The notes beneath the pieces were generated by a model. The model was not told the origin of the DNA. It made no database searches and worked only from the letters and a program-made list of their open reading frames with translations. Positions 52,334-60,383 of a DNA stretch of 64,000 nucleotides are shown here, piece by piece. Positions within the stretch are counted from its first letter, which is position 1. Every line of letters starts with the position of its first letter. The DNA is taken from positions 44,668-108,667 of the IMG/VR virus record IMGVR_UViG_3300027782_000047; one strand, written 5' to 3'. The stretch comes from a virus. A program made the translations under genes and the position numbers.

Positions 52334-52362
52334 TTGACTTACTCTTAGTGGTTTGTTATAAT
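52334..52362 (+). promoter_or_regulatory. Sigma70 promoter whose -35 is the loop of a perfect 13-bp inverted repeat
   Basis: TTGACT-17 nt-TATAAT; ACCACTAAGAGTA/TACTCTTAGTGGT at 52321-52352. Confidence 0.85.
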
Positions 52363-52430
52363 TATGAATCTTGAGAATGACCACCTCTCAAGTGTATTAT
52401 TAAAGTGTGGTTTTATTATGGAGTTTTACT

Positions 52431-52712
52431 ATGTCTAAGATGACTACTAAAGAAAAAATGCTTGCCGCTTTGAGCAAGACTGATGGCTACAACACCTTCA
52501 CCACTGCTCAGGCTCGGGCACGTTTTGGTATTGTCAACGTTGCCGCACGTATCAACGAATTGCGTGAAGATGGCCATGCAATTTACACCAACAGCAAAAC
52601 TCTTGCTAATGGTCGTAAAATCTCCTTCTACCGCCTTGGTCAGCCAACCAAGCGCATGGTTGCAGAAGGTATCAAAGCCCTACGTGCAAAGGGTGTTAGC
52701 ACTTTTGCCTAA
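52431..52712 (+). CDS. Winged helix-turn-helix protein
   Basis: 'T..QARARFGI.NVAARINELREDGHAI...YRL'; GGAG SD before ATG 52431. Confidence 0.75.
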   Translation: MSKMTTKEKMLAALSKTDGYNTFTTAQARARFGIVNVAARINELREDGHAIYTNSKTLANGRKISFYRLGQPTKRMVAEGIKALRAKGVSTFA

Positions 52713-52730
52713 TCCCTAGGCGATTGCTAA

Positions 52731-52770
52731 GAAGGATGTGATATATACTTGTATCGCATCCTCTTTTTTT
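52731..52770 (+). terminator. Probable intrinsic terminator
   Basis: AGGATGTGATA..TATCGCATCCT hairpin followed by T7. Confidence 0.65.
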
Positions 52771-52781
52771 ATGGATAAATT

Positions 52782-53597
52782 ATGGAAATAAAAGTTAAAA
52801 TTGAAGACTTGAAGAAGCATAAATTGTTTGTTGCGACACCAATGTATGGTGGCATGGCACACGGCATGTATGTTAAGGCTTGCCTTGACTTGCAAGCAGT
52901 CATGTCTAAATATGGCGTTGAAACACGATTTTCGTTTTTGTTCAATGAATCGTTAATCACACGGGCTAGAAATTATTTGGTAGATGAATTTCTCCGCTCC
53001 GAATGTACCCATCTACTGTTTATTGATTCTGATGTTCACTATAATCCACAAGATGTAGTCGCACTTCTAGCACTTGATAAAGATGTTATTGGTGGTCCTT
53101 ATCCCAAGAAGGCTATCAACTGGAACAATATCGCACTGGCCGCACGTAAACATCCAGACTTAGCACCACAAGAATTAGAAAATCTTGTTGGTGATTATGT
53201 GTTTAACGTTGTTAAAGGCACTCAACAATTCTCCGTGACTGAACCTCTAGAAGTTTTGGAGATTGGTACTGGCTACATGATGGTCAAGCGAGAAGTGTTT
53301 CCAATCTTGGAAGAAAAATATCCCCAATTGCGTTACAAACCTGACCACGTTGGGCAAGCACACTTTGATGGTTCAAGGTACATTCATGCGTATTTTGATA
53401 CCGTGATTGATACACTTGATAGCGCAACAGGAGGTGGTTCTGAAAGATACCTAAGTGAAGACTATATGTTTTGTCAACTATGGCGCAAAACTGGAGGTTC
53501 TATCTTCTTGTGCCCATGGATGAAAACACAACATATCGGTACATATCCTTTCACGGGTAACCTATCTAAGATTGCTGAATTGACGGGTAAACTGTAA
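52782..53597 (+). CDS. GT-A fold glycosyltransferase-like protein
   Basis: 'ATPMYGG', 'ESLITRARN', 'FIDSD', 'GTGYMM..R', 'LSEDY.FC', 'HIG'. Confidence 0.75.
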   Translation: MEIKVKIEDLKKHKLFVATPMYGGMAHGMYVKACLDLQAVMSKYGVETRFSFLFNESLITRARNYLVDEFLRSECTHLLFIDSDVHYNPQDVVALLALDKDVIGGPYPKKAINWNNIALAARKHPDLAPQELENLVGDYVFNVVKGTQQFSVTEPLEVLEIGTGYMMVKREVFPILEEKYPQLRYKPDHVGQAHFDGSRYIHAYFDTVIDTLDSATGGGSERYLSEDYMFCQLWRKTGGSIFLCPWMKTQHIGTYPFTGNLSKIAELTGKL

Positions 53598-53953
53598 TGG
53601 CAAATGTCTGGGAAGCACAACTTGATGCTATTACAGCATCACAGACTGCTACTACAGGCGGTCGTAAGTTTGACGGAAACAAACTAGAATATGGTTTGAT
53701 TCCGCCTCTTGCTCAACAAGAAATGGTAAGGGTTCTTACTTTTGGTGCTCAGAAGTATGAAAGAGATAACTGGAAAAGAGTTCCCGATTCCAAACGCAGA
53801 TACTTTGATGCACTGGAACGCCATATATGGGCATGGAAAATGGGTGAGCAACTAGACCCAGAATCAGGTATACATCACCTAGCCCATGCTATGTGTTGTC
53901 TATCATTTTTATTTGAGCATGATGTTAAGTATTCGCTTGACAATGCTGAATGA
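53597..53953 (+). CDS. dATP/dGTP diphosphohydrolase-like protein (DUF5664)
   Basis: 'GRKFD..K..Y.L.P', 'VLTFGAQKY...NW', 'RH...W..GE..DPESG.HHLAHA'. Confidence 0.85.
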   Translation: MANVWEAQLDAITASQTATTGGRKFDGNKLEYGLIPPLAQQEMVRVLTFGAQKYERDNWKRVPDSKRRYFDALERHIWAWKMGEQLDPESGIHHLAHAMCCLSFLFEHDVKYSLDNAE

Positions 53954-53965
53954 ATGTTGTATAAT
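53937..53965 (+). promoter_or_regulatory. Sigma70 consensus promoter for gp45
   Basis: TTGACA-17 nt-TATAAT. Confidence 0.85.
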
Positions 53966-53988
53966 TAAATTTTTTTGGAGAGTATATT

Positions 53989-54672
53989 ATGAAATTGTCT
54001 AAAGACACCTTGAGTGTATTGAAAAACTTTGCATCTATCAATGATGGAATTATGTTCCGTAAGGGTAGCGTATTGCGTACTTGTGACGCACAACGACAAG
54101 TATTGGCTGAAACTACAATCGCAGAAACGATTGATGAAGATTTTGGTATTTATGACTTGAATAAGTTTCTGGCCGCATTGAGTTTGCATCCGGATGATTC
54201 CCAACTTCACCTTGATATGGCAACAAGTTCCGCTATCATCAATGATAGTAGTGGTCGTAAAACAAGTAACTATCGTATCTGTGATGCCGGCATGATTAAA
54301 AATGCAACTGACAAATCGGTTAAAATGCCTGATGTGGAAGTTAAATTTACACTCACCCAAGAAGACCTTGAATATAGTCTACGGGCATCTTCTATTCTTG
54401 GAACACCACACATTGCAATAAAATCTGACGGAAATAAAATATTTCTTTCAGCCTTTGATGACAAAAACACATCTACCCATAGCAATCAACTTGAAGTCGC
54501 TGATGGTAATGGTAAGAAATACAAGATGCTTTTCAAGACTGAGAATATGAAAATGATTCCTGGTTCTTATGAAGTTTCTATTTCTTTCAAAGGTATTGCA
54601 CACTTTAAGAACACCACAAAGCCATTGCAATATTGGGTTGCTACTGAACTTGGCTCAACCAACGAAGGTTGA
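53989..54672 (+). CDS. gp45: Sliding clamp gp45
   Basis: 'MKLSKDTL.VLKNFASIN', 'FGIYDLN.FL', 'YWVA.E'. Confidence 0.93.
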   Translation: MKLSKDTLSVLKNFASINDGIMFRKGSVLRTCDAQRQVLAETTIAETIDEDFGIYDLNKFLAALSLHPDDSQLHLDMATSSAIINDSSGRKTSNYRICDAGMIKNATDKSVKMPDVEVKFTLTQEDLEYSLRASSILGTPHIAIKSDGNKIFLSAFDDKNTSTHSNQLEVADGNGKKYKMLFKTENMKMIPGSYEVSISFKGIAHFKNTTKPLQYWVATELGSTNEG

Positions 54673-54701
54673 TTTTTTGAATTTTTTATTATGGAGTTTC
54701 T

Positions 54702-55634
54702 ATGCAACATTTATTGTGGACCGAAGCACATCGTCCCAAAACTATTGAGGAGTGTATTCTACCAGAACGTCTGAAAAAGCCGTTTCAAGAATATGTAAAC
54801 TCAGAAAAGATTCCACACCTGTTACTATCTGGCGGTGCAGGTGTAGGAAAGACCACTGTTGCTAAGGCAATGTGTAATCAAATTGATGCTGATTACATTA
54901 TGATTAACGGTTCAGATGAATCAGGCATTGATGTTTTTCGTACCAAGATTAAAGACTTTGCCTCGTCAATGTCATTCACTGGTGGTCGTAAAGTTATCAT
55001 CATTGATGAAGCTGACTATCTGAATCCAAATTCAACACAACCAGCTTTGCGTAATGCAATGGAAGAATTTGCATCCAACTGTTCTTTCATCTTTACATGT
55101 AATTTCAAGAATCGCATCATTGATCCACTACACAGTCGGTGTGCGGTTGTTGACTTTACATTAAAGAATGATGAAAAGACAAAGATGGCGGCGCAGTTTT
55201 TTAAACGCATCCAGTCAATTTTGCAAAGTGAAAATGTTGAGTATGAAGACAAGGTAATTGCTGAATTAGTCAAGAAACACTTTCCAGACTTTCGGCGAAT
55301 TTTGAATGAGTTGCAACGCTACTCACAGTTTGGTAAAATTGATGTTGGTATTCTCGCACAGATTGGTGACATATCAATTGCAGAAATCACCAAACACTTG
55401 AAGAACAAAGACTTTGGTGCAATTCGTAAATGGGTTGCTACTGCTGACTTTGATGCCGCAACATTGTATCGTAAACTGTATGATAGTCTCTATGAAGTAT
55501 TGCAACCACAAAGCATACCTCAAGCGGTTATTATTCTAGCCGACTATCAATATAAGCAAGCATTCGTTGCTGATGCTGAGATTAACACCGTCGCATGTTT
55601 GACTGAGTTGATGGTGAGTGTGGAGTTTGTATGA
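54702..55634 (+). CDS. gp44: Clamp loader large subunit gp44
   Basis: 'RPKTIEECILP', G.GKTT, IIDEAD, 'PLHSRC', 'FPDFRR'. Confidence 0.96.
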   Translation: MQHLLWTEAHRPKTIEECILPERLKKPFQEYVNSEKIPHLLLSGGAGVGKTTVAKAMCNQIDADYIMINGSDESGIDVFRTKIKDFASSMSFTGGRKVIIIDEADYLNPNSTQPALRNAMEEFASNCSFIFTCNFKNRIIDPLHSRCAVVDFTLKNDEKTKMAAQFFKRIQSILQSENVEYEDKVIAELVKKHFPDFRRILNELQRYSQFGKIDVGILAQIGDISIAEITKHLKNKDFGAIRKWVATADFDAATLYRKLYDSLYEVLQPQSIPQAVIILADYQYKQAFVADAEINTVACLTELMVSVEFV

Positions 55635-55816
55635 GTGATTTTGAAGTACATCCAATTGGAACATATACTGAGATTAAATATTCTCGGGAATTAGTTAAAG
55701 CGATTGAGCAGATTACATACCAATATGGAGAAGGTATCGTGCCTAAGTCTGTTTTCAATGCATACTTGAAACTAAAACACCACCATGATGTTAAACTTGA
55801 ATCGGAAAATCTATGA
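55631..55816 (+). CDS. Hypothetical protein
   Basis: ATGA overlaps at both ends; GGAG SD. Confidence 0.6.
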   Translation: MSDFEVHPIGTYTEIKYSRELVKAIEQITYQYGEGIVPKSVFNAYLKLKHHHDVKLESENL

Positions 55817-56103
55817 TATTAGATTTATTTAAACCCACATTTGATTGGATCAAAGATGACTTTAAGTCTAATCGCATTCGCTTTGTTGCCGAGCTTCTTG
55901 CTTGGATTATTAGTATTGGGTGTAGCATTACAATGGCACTTACCGTACCAAATCCTCCCCTCTTGGCTCTTTATCCTGTGTGGATTACTGGCTGTGCTAT
56001 CTATGCTTGGGCTGCTTATACTAGGAAATCATTTGGCATGCTTGCTAACTACATGCTTCTAGTGTGTATTGATATGGTTGGTTTGATTAGGATGTTAACA
56101 TGA
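55813..56103 (+). CDS. Small membrane protein (about 3 TM helices)
   Basis: Hydrophobic segments; ATGA overlaps. Confidence 0.65.
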   Translation: MILDLFKPTFDWIKDDFKSNRIRFVAELLAWIISIGCSITMALTVPNPPLLALYPVWITGCAIYAWAAYTRKSFGMLANYMLLVCIDMVGLIRMLT

Positions 56104-56684
56104 GTTATCTATATGATGATGGCGGTAAATCTCTTGGATGGTTTACACAACAAGAAGTAAAAGAACGAAGAAATCACATTTCTGCGGCTGTATATGCGTT
56201 TACTTTTGCTGAAGAAAAACCAAGCGAAAAAGTTTTGCCTTATGAATTAGAAGATACATTCTACATAGGAATGTCTGGCGGCACGGCTTTTGAATATACT
56301 TACGATAGCAACAAAGGCAAATACTTCACGGCTTTTGGATACAGACAAAAAACTCATTGGCGACATTTAATAAAAATAAATGATACTTTTGATATGAAAT
56401 ATCTTCCATTCCATGAAAAATATTTGCCCGAAGAAAATACACACAAAACTATCTTTATGAATATTTGTATTCCTGGCGATTTATTACAAAAACAGAATGT
56501 TAGAGGATATTTAAGTGTTGTTGAGCAAGAGTTTATTTACTTGTATCAAAGACGTTGGAATGGTCCACCGCTATTAAATCTTGCTGAAAATACAACAACA
56601 AGAAAGACTGGCAATGATGCATCTAATTCTGGTAAGTTGAGAGAATTCTCACGAAAAAATAATCTTAATAAATTTTATGAGTAA
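56100..56684 (+). CDS. Divergent GIY-YIG-superfamily nuclease-like protein
   Basis: 'AVYAF..FYIGMSG..R..H..E..I..P.LN' follows the order of the GIY-YIG catalytic motifs. Confidence 0.5.
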   Translation: MSYLYDDGGKSLGWFTQQEVKERRNHISAAVYAFTFAEEKPSEKVLPYELEDTFYIGMSGGTAFEYTYDSNKGKYFTAFGYRQKTHWRHLIKINDTFDMKYLPFHEKYLPEENTHKTIFMNICIPGDLLQKQNVRGYLSVVEQEFIYLYQRRWNGPPLLNLAENTTTRKTGNDASNSGKLREFSRKNNLNKFYE

Positions 56685-57063
56685 TCCATTTGACTATGTA
56701 AATCAGATCCTGCAGGGTAAAAAGCAGTTGATTGTAGATGATGTTACAGAGAAATCCTATGAACCATTTCTAGTGAATCGTGCGCTTTCCTATCATAAGG
56801 ATTGTATCATATACGCCAATGAAATGAATCGTAGGTCTCTCCTAGACAAGAAACTGCAAAATGACTATTTACTAAATATAGTTAGGTCCAAGAAAAGACC
56901 TTTCAATAAGTGGGTTAAGGCTGAAAAAAGTGAAGATATAGCATGTGTAAAGACATACTTCGGTCTATCCGATTCTAAAGCCCGTGAAGCCTTGCGCTTA
57001 CTTAGCGATGAACAAATCCAAGAATTAAAAGAAAAAACCGATATCGGTGGATTAAGGAAATGA
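56677..57063 (+). CDS. gp62: Clamp loader small subunit gp62
   Basis: 'PF.VNRALSY..D....ANEMN', 'KRPF.KW.K', 'Y...S..KA.EAL..L', ends GG. Confidence 0.92.
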   Translation: MSNPFDYVNQILQGKKQLIVDDVTEKSYEPFLVNRALSYHKDCIIYANEMNRRSLLDKKLQNDYLLNIVRSKKRPFNKWVKAEKSEDIACVKTYFGLSDSKAREALRLLSDEQIQELKEKTDIGGLRK

Positions 57064-57064
57064 A

Positions 57065-57466
57065 ATGGTCGACTTATCAACCTTTGTTGAGGTGACGCTA
57101 AACGAACACGATGATTTTTTAAAAGTGAGAGAAACGCTAACCAGAATTGGTGTATCCTCACGCAAAGAACGGGTTCTATACCAGTCTTGCCACATCTTAC
57201 ACAAACGCGGACAGTATTATATTGTCCACTTTAAAGAATTATTCGCACTAGACGGAAAACCATCTAGCATCATAGATAACGATATTGAAAGGCGAAACGC
57301 AATAGCTAAACTCCTAGAAGAATGGGGTCTAGTTAAGATTGTTAATCCTGACATTATGGTAGACAAGATTGCTCCGATTCATCAAATTAAGATTATATCT
57401 TACAAAGAAAAAGATGAATGGGAACTAGTCAGCAAGTATAACATCGGAAAGAAATCTCAAGAATGA
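57065..57466 (+). CDS. regA: Translational repressor RegA
   Basis: 'DDFLKVRETLTRIG', 'LYQSCHILHK.G.YYIVHFKELF.LDG'. Confidence 0.97.
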   Translation: MVDLSTFVEVTLNEHDDFLKVRETLTRIGVSSRKERVLYQSCHILHKRGQYYIVHFKELFALDGKPSSIIDNDIERRNAIAKLLEEWGLVKIVNPDIMVDKIAPIHQIKIISYKEKDEWELVSKYNIGKKSQE

Positions 57467-57486
57467 TTGAGGCTTTTGCAAAGTTG

Positions 57487-57494
57487 TATAAATA
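57487..57494 (+). promoter_or_regulatory. T4 late promoter TATAAATA ahead of the structured leader
   Basis: Exact consensus in the regA-hsp20 intergenic region. Confidence 0.7.
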
Positions 57495-57499
57495 ATTGT

Positions 57500-57620
57500 T
57501 CCCACCTTAGGGCTGTTTGATGCTACGGTATAAGGCGTCCGTGTAATTACACCTCCGACACGATAGTTCGGACCAGTATAAGGTAAGCTGGAAGTTATGC
57601 CTTCGGGGTAACATTTTTTT
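57500..57620 (+). ncRNA. Candidate structured RNA / hsp20 leader
   Basis: Five short hairpins, two potential pseudoknots, terminal C(UUCG)G hairpin + T7; folded by eye only. Confidence 0.5.
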
Positions 57621-57644
57621 AACTTGCTTTTAAAGGAGAACTTT

Positions 57645-58091
57645 ATGACAACATTAAGATTCACACATCTATACCCTTCCGTTGTTGGCTTTGACCGACT
57701 ACTTGACACATTTGATACCATGCTAACGGAAAAACCTACCACTTTCCCTCCACACAACATTGTTAAAGTTGATGATAATAATTATCTTGTTGAACTTGCT
57801 GTTGCTGGATTCGCAGAAAGTGAAATCACTATTGAGGTGTTGAAAAATACTTTGACTATCAAAGGTGAAAAAAGCCTTGATGACACCAGAAACTATTTAC
57901 ATCGTGGTATTGGCACACGTTCGTTTAAGAAAACTGTAACGTTGGCTGATACTGTGCAAGTTGATGGTGCAAGTTTGGATAATGGTGTTCTTACAGTAAA
58001 ACTTATCAATATTGTACCAGTTGAAAAACAACCGGTTAAAATTGCTATCAATACAGTAAGTAAACCACAATTACTCCAAGAAAAAGTTTAA
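57645..58091 (+). CDS. Small heat-shock protein (Hsp20/IbpA-like)
   Basis: 'VGFDRL', 'FPPHNI', 'ELAVAGF', 'YLHRGI..RSF', 'L.NGVL'; AAGGAG SD before ATG 57645. Confidence 0.93.
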   Translation: MTTLRFTHLYPSVVGFDRLLDTFDTMLTEKPTTFPPHNIVKVDDNNYLVELAVAGFAESEITIEVLKNTLTIKGEKSLDDTRNYLHRGIGTRSFKKTVTLADTVQVDGASLDNGVLTVKLINIVPVEKQPVKIAINTVSKPQLLQEKV

Positions 58092-58153
58092 TTATTACCT
58101 AAAAAATCTGCCTTCTTGTGTTATAATAAGCACTTGAAGGCAGAAAGTAAACT

Positions 58154-59008
58154 ATGAAAATTGCTCTAGCATCCGACGTACACCTTGAATTTGGTGAAAT
58201 ATCTTTTGAGAATACCGAGAACGCTGATGTTCTTATTCTCTCTGGAGATATTTGTGTGGCCGCAGACTTGATGGTAAAAGATGATATTGGATTCTTTGAT
58301 AAAAATGTTCGCTCTGAAAAATATCATAAATTCTTTCAAGAATGTGGTGAAAGATTTCCGCATGTCATTTATGTTATGGGAAACCATGAACACTATAACG
58401 GTGATTATCGGAACACTATTACAACTTTGCGTGATAGGCTTTCTTATATACGCAACCTCCGTATCTTAGATAAAGATGTTTTTGTTGTTGATGATGTAAC
58501 ATTCATCGGTGGTACTTTGTGGACAGATATGAACAAAGAAGATCCAATTACTCTGATGCAAATGTCAGGTATGATGAATGACTTCCGTTGTGTTCAAAAT
58601 AGTAATCGGGTGACAATCTTTAAAGATGAAGATGGTAAATTCCATGAACGCAAAAGTCGTTTCACACCAGAAGATGCTGTGGAAGACCACAAGCAAATGA
58701 TGGATTATATTCGCATTATGACTGAAGGCAAGTTTGACCAAAAGTTTGTTGTCGTTGGGCATCATTCTCCAAGCAAACAGTCAACACATCCTCGGTATAA
58801 AGAAGAAGTGGTTATGAATGGTGGTTATAGTTCCGATTTGAATGATTTCATTATGGATCATCCACAAATTAAACTATGGACTCATGGGCATACACATGAA
58901 GACTTTGATTACATGATTGGTAGCACAAGAATCGTTTGTAATCCACGTGGTTACATTAATTATGAAAACCGTGCTGATAGATTTGAACTTAAATTTTTGG
59001 AGATTTGA
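58154..59008 (+). CDS. Calcineurin-like metallophosphoesterase
   Basis: SDVHLEF, GDI, GNHEHY, HHSP, WTHGHTH, NPRGY. Confidence 0.9.
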   Translation: MKIALASDVHLEFGEISFENTENADVLILSGDICVAADLMVKDDIGFFDKNVRSEKYHKFFQECGERFPHVIYVMGNHEHYNGDYRNTITTLRDRLSYIRNLRILDKDVFVVDDVTFIGGTLWTDMNKEDPITLMQMSGMMNDFRCVQNSNRVTIFKDEDGKFHERKSRFTPEDAVEDHKQMMDYIRIMTEGKFDQKFVVVGHHSPSKQSTHPRYKEEVVMNGGYSSDLNDFIMDHPQIKLWTHGHTHEDFDYMIGSTRIVCNPRGYINYENRADRFELKFLEI

Positions 59009-59009
59009 T

Positions 59010-59180
59010 ATGAAACCAGGTGCTAATTTTAAAATTAATCGTAGTGTTAAACGCCGTATGGCTACTATCGTTAATCCATTTGAGCGACATTCGTATAAGA
59101 ATGCAATGATTCAAGCGCAACTTATTGGCAATAAGCCTGTTGTGCATGAAAAGAAAAACAAAAACAAAAACGGAGAATGA
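59010..59180 (+). CDS. Small basic hypothetical protein
   Basis: MKPGANFKINRSVKRRMA...; GGAG SD; overlaps the next gene. Confidence 0.55.
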   Translation: MKPGANFKINRSVKRRMATIVNPFERHSYKNAMIQAQLIGNKPVVHEKKNKNKNGE

Positions 59181-59704
59181 TTCTTGTGAAAGAAAAATTT
59201 CGTGATGCATATATGAAGGTGGCAGAGACTTTTGCAGAATTGTCTTCCGCTAAACGCCTTCATGTTGGTGCCATTGTAGTCAAAGAAGATAGAATCATAT
59301 CTATTGGTTACAATGGTATGCCCGCAGGATGGGACAACAATTGTGAAGATAAAGAATATATGGACCAAACCGCAGGTGGTTGGTTGTCACCTGAAGAAAT
59401 TAAAGAACAGTGGCCATGGAGTGAACAACAGTTACCAAAAACTGAAGACCTTCCGTGGCTTCGTTATCGTTTAAAAACCAAACCTGAGGTACTTCATGCT
59501 GAAACAAATGCGATTGCCAAGTTGGCTAAATCTACCGAATCTGGTATGGGTGCTACTATGTTTATTACCCATGCTCCATGTTTGGAGTGTGCCAAACTTA
59601 TCTACCAAAGTGGTATTAACAGTGTTCTATATCGGAACTCTTATCGTAGCGATGATGGTATCAAGTTTTTGGAAAAAGCGTCCGTAGAGGTTGAAAAAAT
59701 ATGA
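59177..59704 (+). CDS. cd: dCMP deaminase
   Basis: 'VGAIVV', GYNG, HAETNAI, 'THAPCLECAK.I'. Confidence 0.92.
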   Translation: MILVKEKFRDAYMKVAETFAELSSAKRLHVGAIVVKEDRIISIGYNGMPAGWDNNCEDKEYMDQTAGGWLSPEEIKEQWPWSEQQLPKTEDLPWLRYRLKTKPEVLHAETNAIAKLAKSTESGMGATMFITHAPCLECAKLIYQSGINSVLYRNSYRSDDGIKFLEKASVEVEKI

Positions 59705-59919
59705 GTAAAGTTTACACATCAAAAGTTATTGAAATCTGTGAAAACGGCGATGCAATAATTGAATTGCCTAAAGAACTTATGGAAGATATGGGTTGGAAAA
59801 CAAACGACCTGTTAGACATTGACTATGTTAATGGCGAACTTATCATTAAAAAGATTGAAGAAACACGTATGAAAAGATACTGGAGAATCTTCAAATCTTT
59901 TTTTCAGAAAACTAAATAA
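59701..59919 (+). CDS. AbrB/MazE/SpoVT-type DNA-binding domain protein
   Basis: 'ENGDAIIELPKELMEDMGWK..D.L.I....GELII.K', swapped-hairpin pattern. Confidence 0.7.
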   Translation: MSKVYTSKVIEICENGDAIIELPKELMEDMGWKTNDLLDIDYVNGELIIKKIEETRMKRYWRIFKSFFQKTK

Positions 59920-59925
59920 AACAAC

Positions 59926-59999
59926 CGCGGGATAGTAAAACGGTATTACAGAGGACTCATAATCCTCAGTTCTTGGTTCGATTCCAGGTCCCGCAACCA
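59926..59999 (+). tRNA. tRNA-Met(CAT), initiator-like acceptor stem, encoded CCA
   Basis: CGCGGGA/TCCCGCA acceptor (C1xA72), D-stem GTAA/TTAC, anticodon arm GAGGA-CTCATAA-TCCTC, T-loop TTCGATT, ACCA end. Confidence 0.93.
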
Positions 60000-60011
60000 A
60001 TAGGATATATT

Positions 60012-60371
60012 ATGACTGATATGAATAAAGACGTTAATATTTTTATTGACGCTTGTGACCAAGTTCCTTCTATAGAGAACATTAGTCTTTACCGTAATCT
60101 TATCAATGAAGAATACTGGGAATTCCAAGACGCACTTAAAGCCAAAGATGATGTAGAACAACTAGATGCATGTATGGACATGATTTGGGTTATTTTAGGT
60201 TACTGCCGCATGAAAGGCTTTGAAGTACCTGGTGCTTGGGCTGAGGTAGCACGTAGCAATCTATGCAAGATTGATTCTGTGACTGGTAAAGTTATTAAGA
60301 ATGAATCGGGTAAAGTTATGAAACCTGAAGGATGGACTGCTCCAGTGCTTGCACCTTTTGTTAAACTGTGA
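60012..60371 (+). CDS. MazG-like/PRA-PH-like NTP pyrophosphatase
   Basis: 'LINEEY.EF', 'LDAC.D..WV..G', 'EV.RSN..K', 'GKVMKP..W..P'; ATG 60012 (the track start lies inside the tRNA). Confidence 0.8.
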   Translation: MTDMNKDVNIFIDACDQVPSIENISLYRNLINEEYWEFQDALKAKDDVEQLDACMDMIWVILGYCRMKGFEVPGAWAEVARSNLCKIDSVTGKVIKNESGKVMKPEGWTAPVLAPFVKL

Positions 60372-60377
60372 TATAAT
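60349..60377 (+). promoter_or_regulatory. Sigma70-type promoter predicting a leaderless mRNA
   Basis: TTGCAC-17 nt-TATAAT with extended TG; ATG 7 nt downstream. Confidence 0.6.
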
Positions 60378-60383
60378 ATCGTT

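Noticed and set aside
59701-59919. Complete toxin-antitoxin module
   Set aside because: No PIN/MazF toxin ORF adjacent; the next element is the tRNA.
27698-59973. ORF-track starts at 27698, 35990, 40190, 46902, 47804, 52407, 57624, 58917 and 59973
   Set aside because: They extend into upstream genes, leaders or the tRNA; downstream starts fit SD position, stop-start overlap and family N-termini better.
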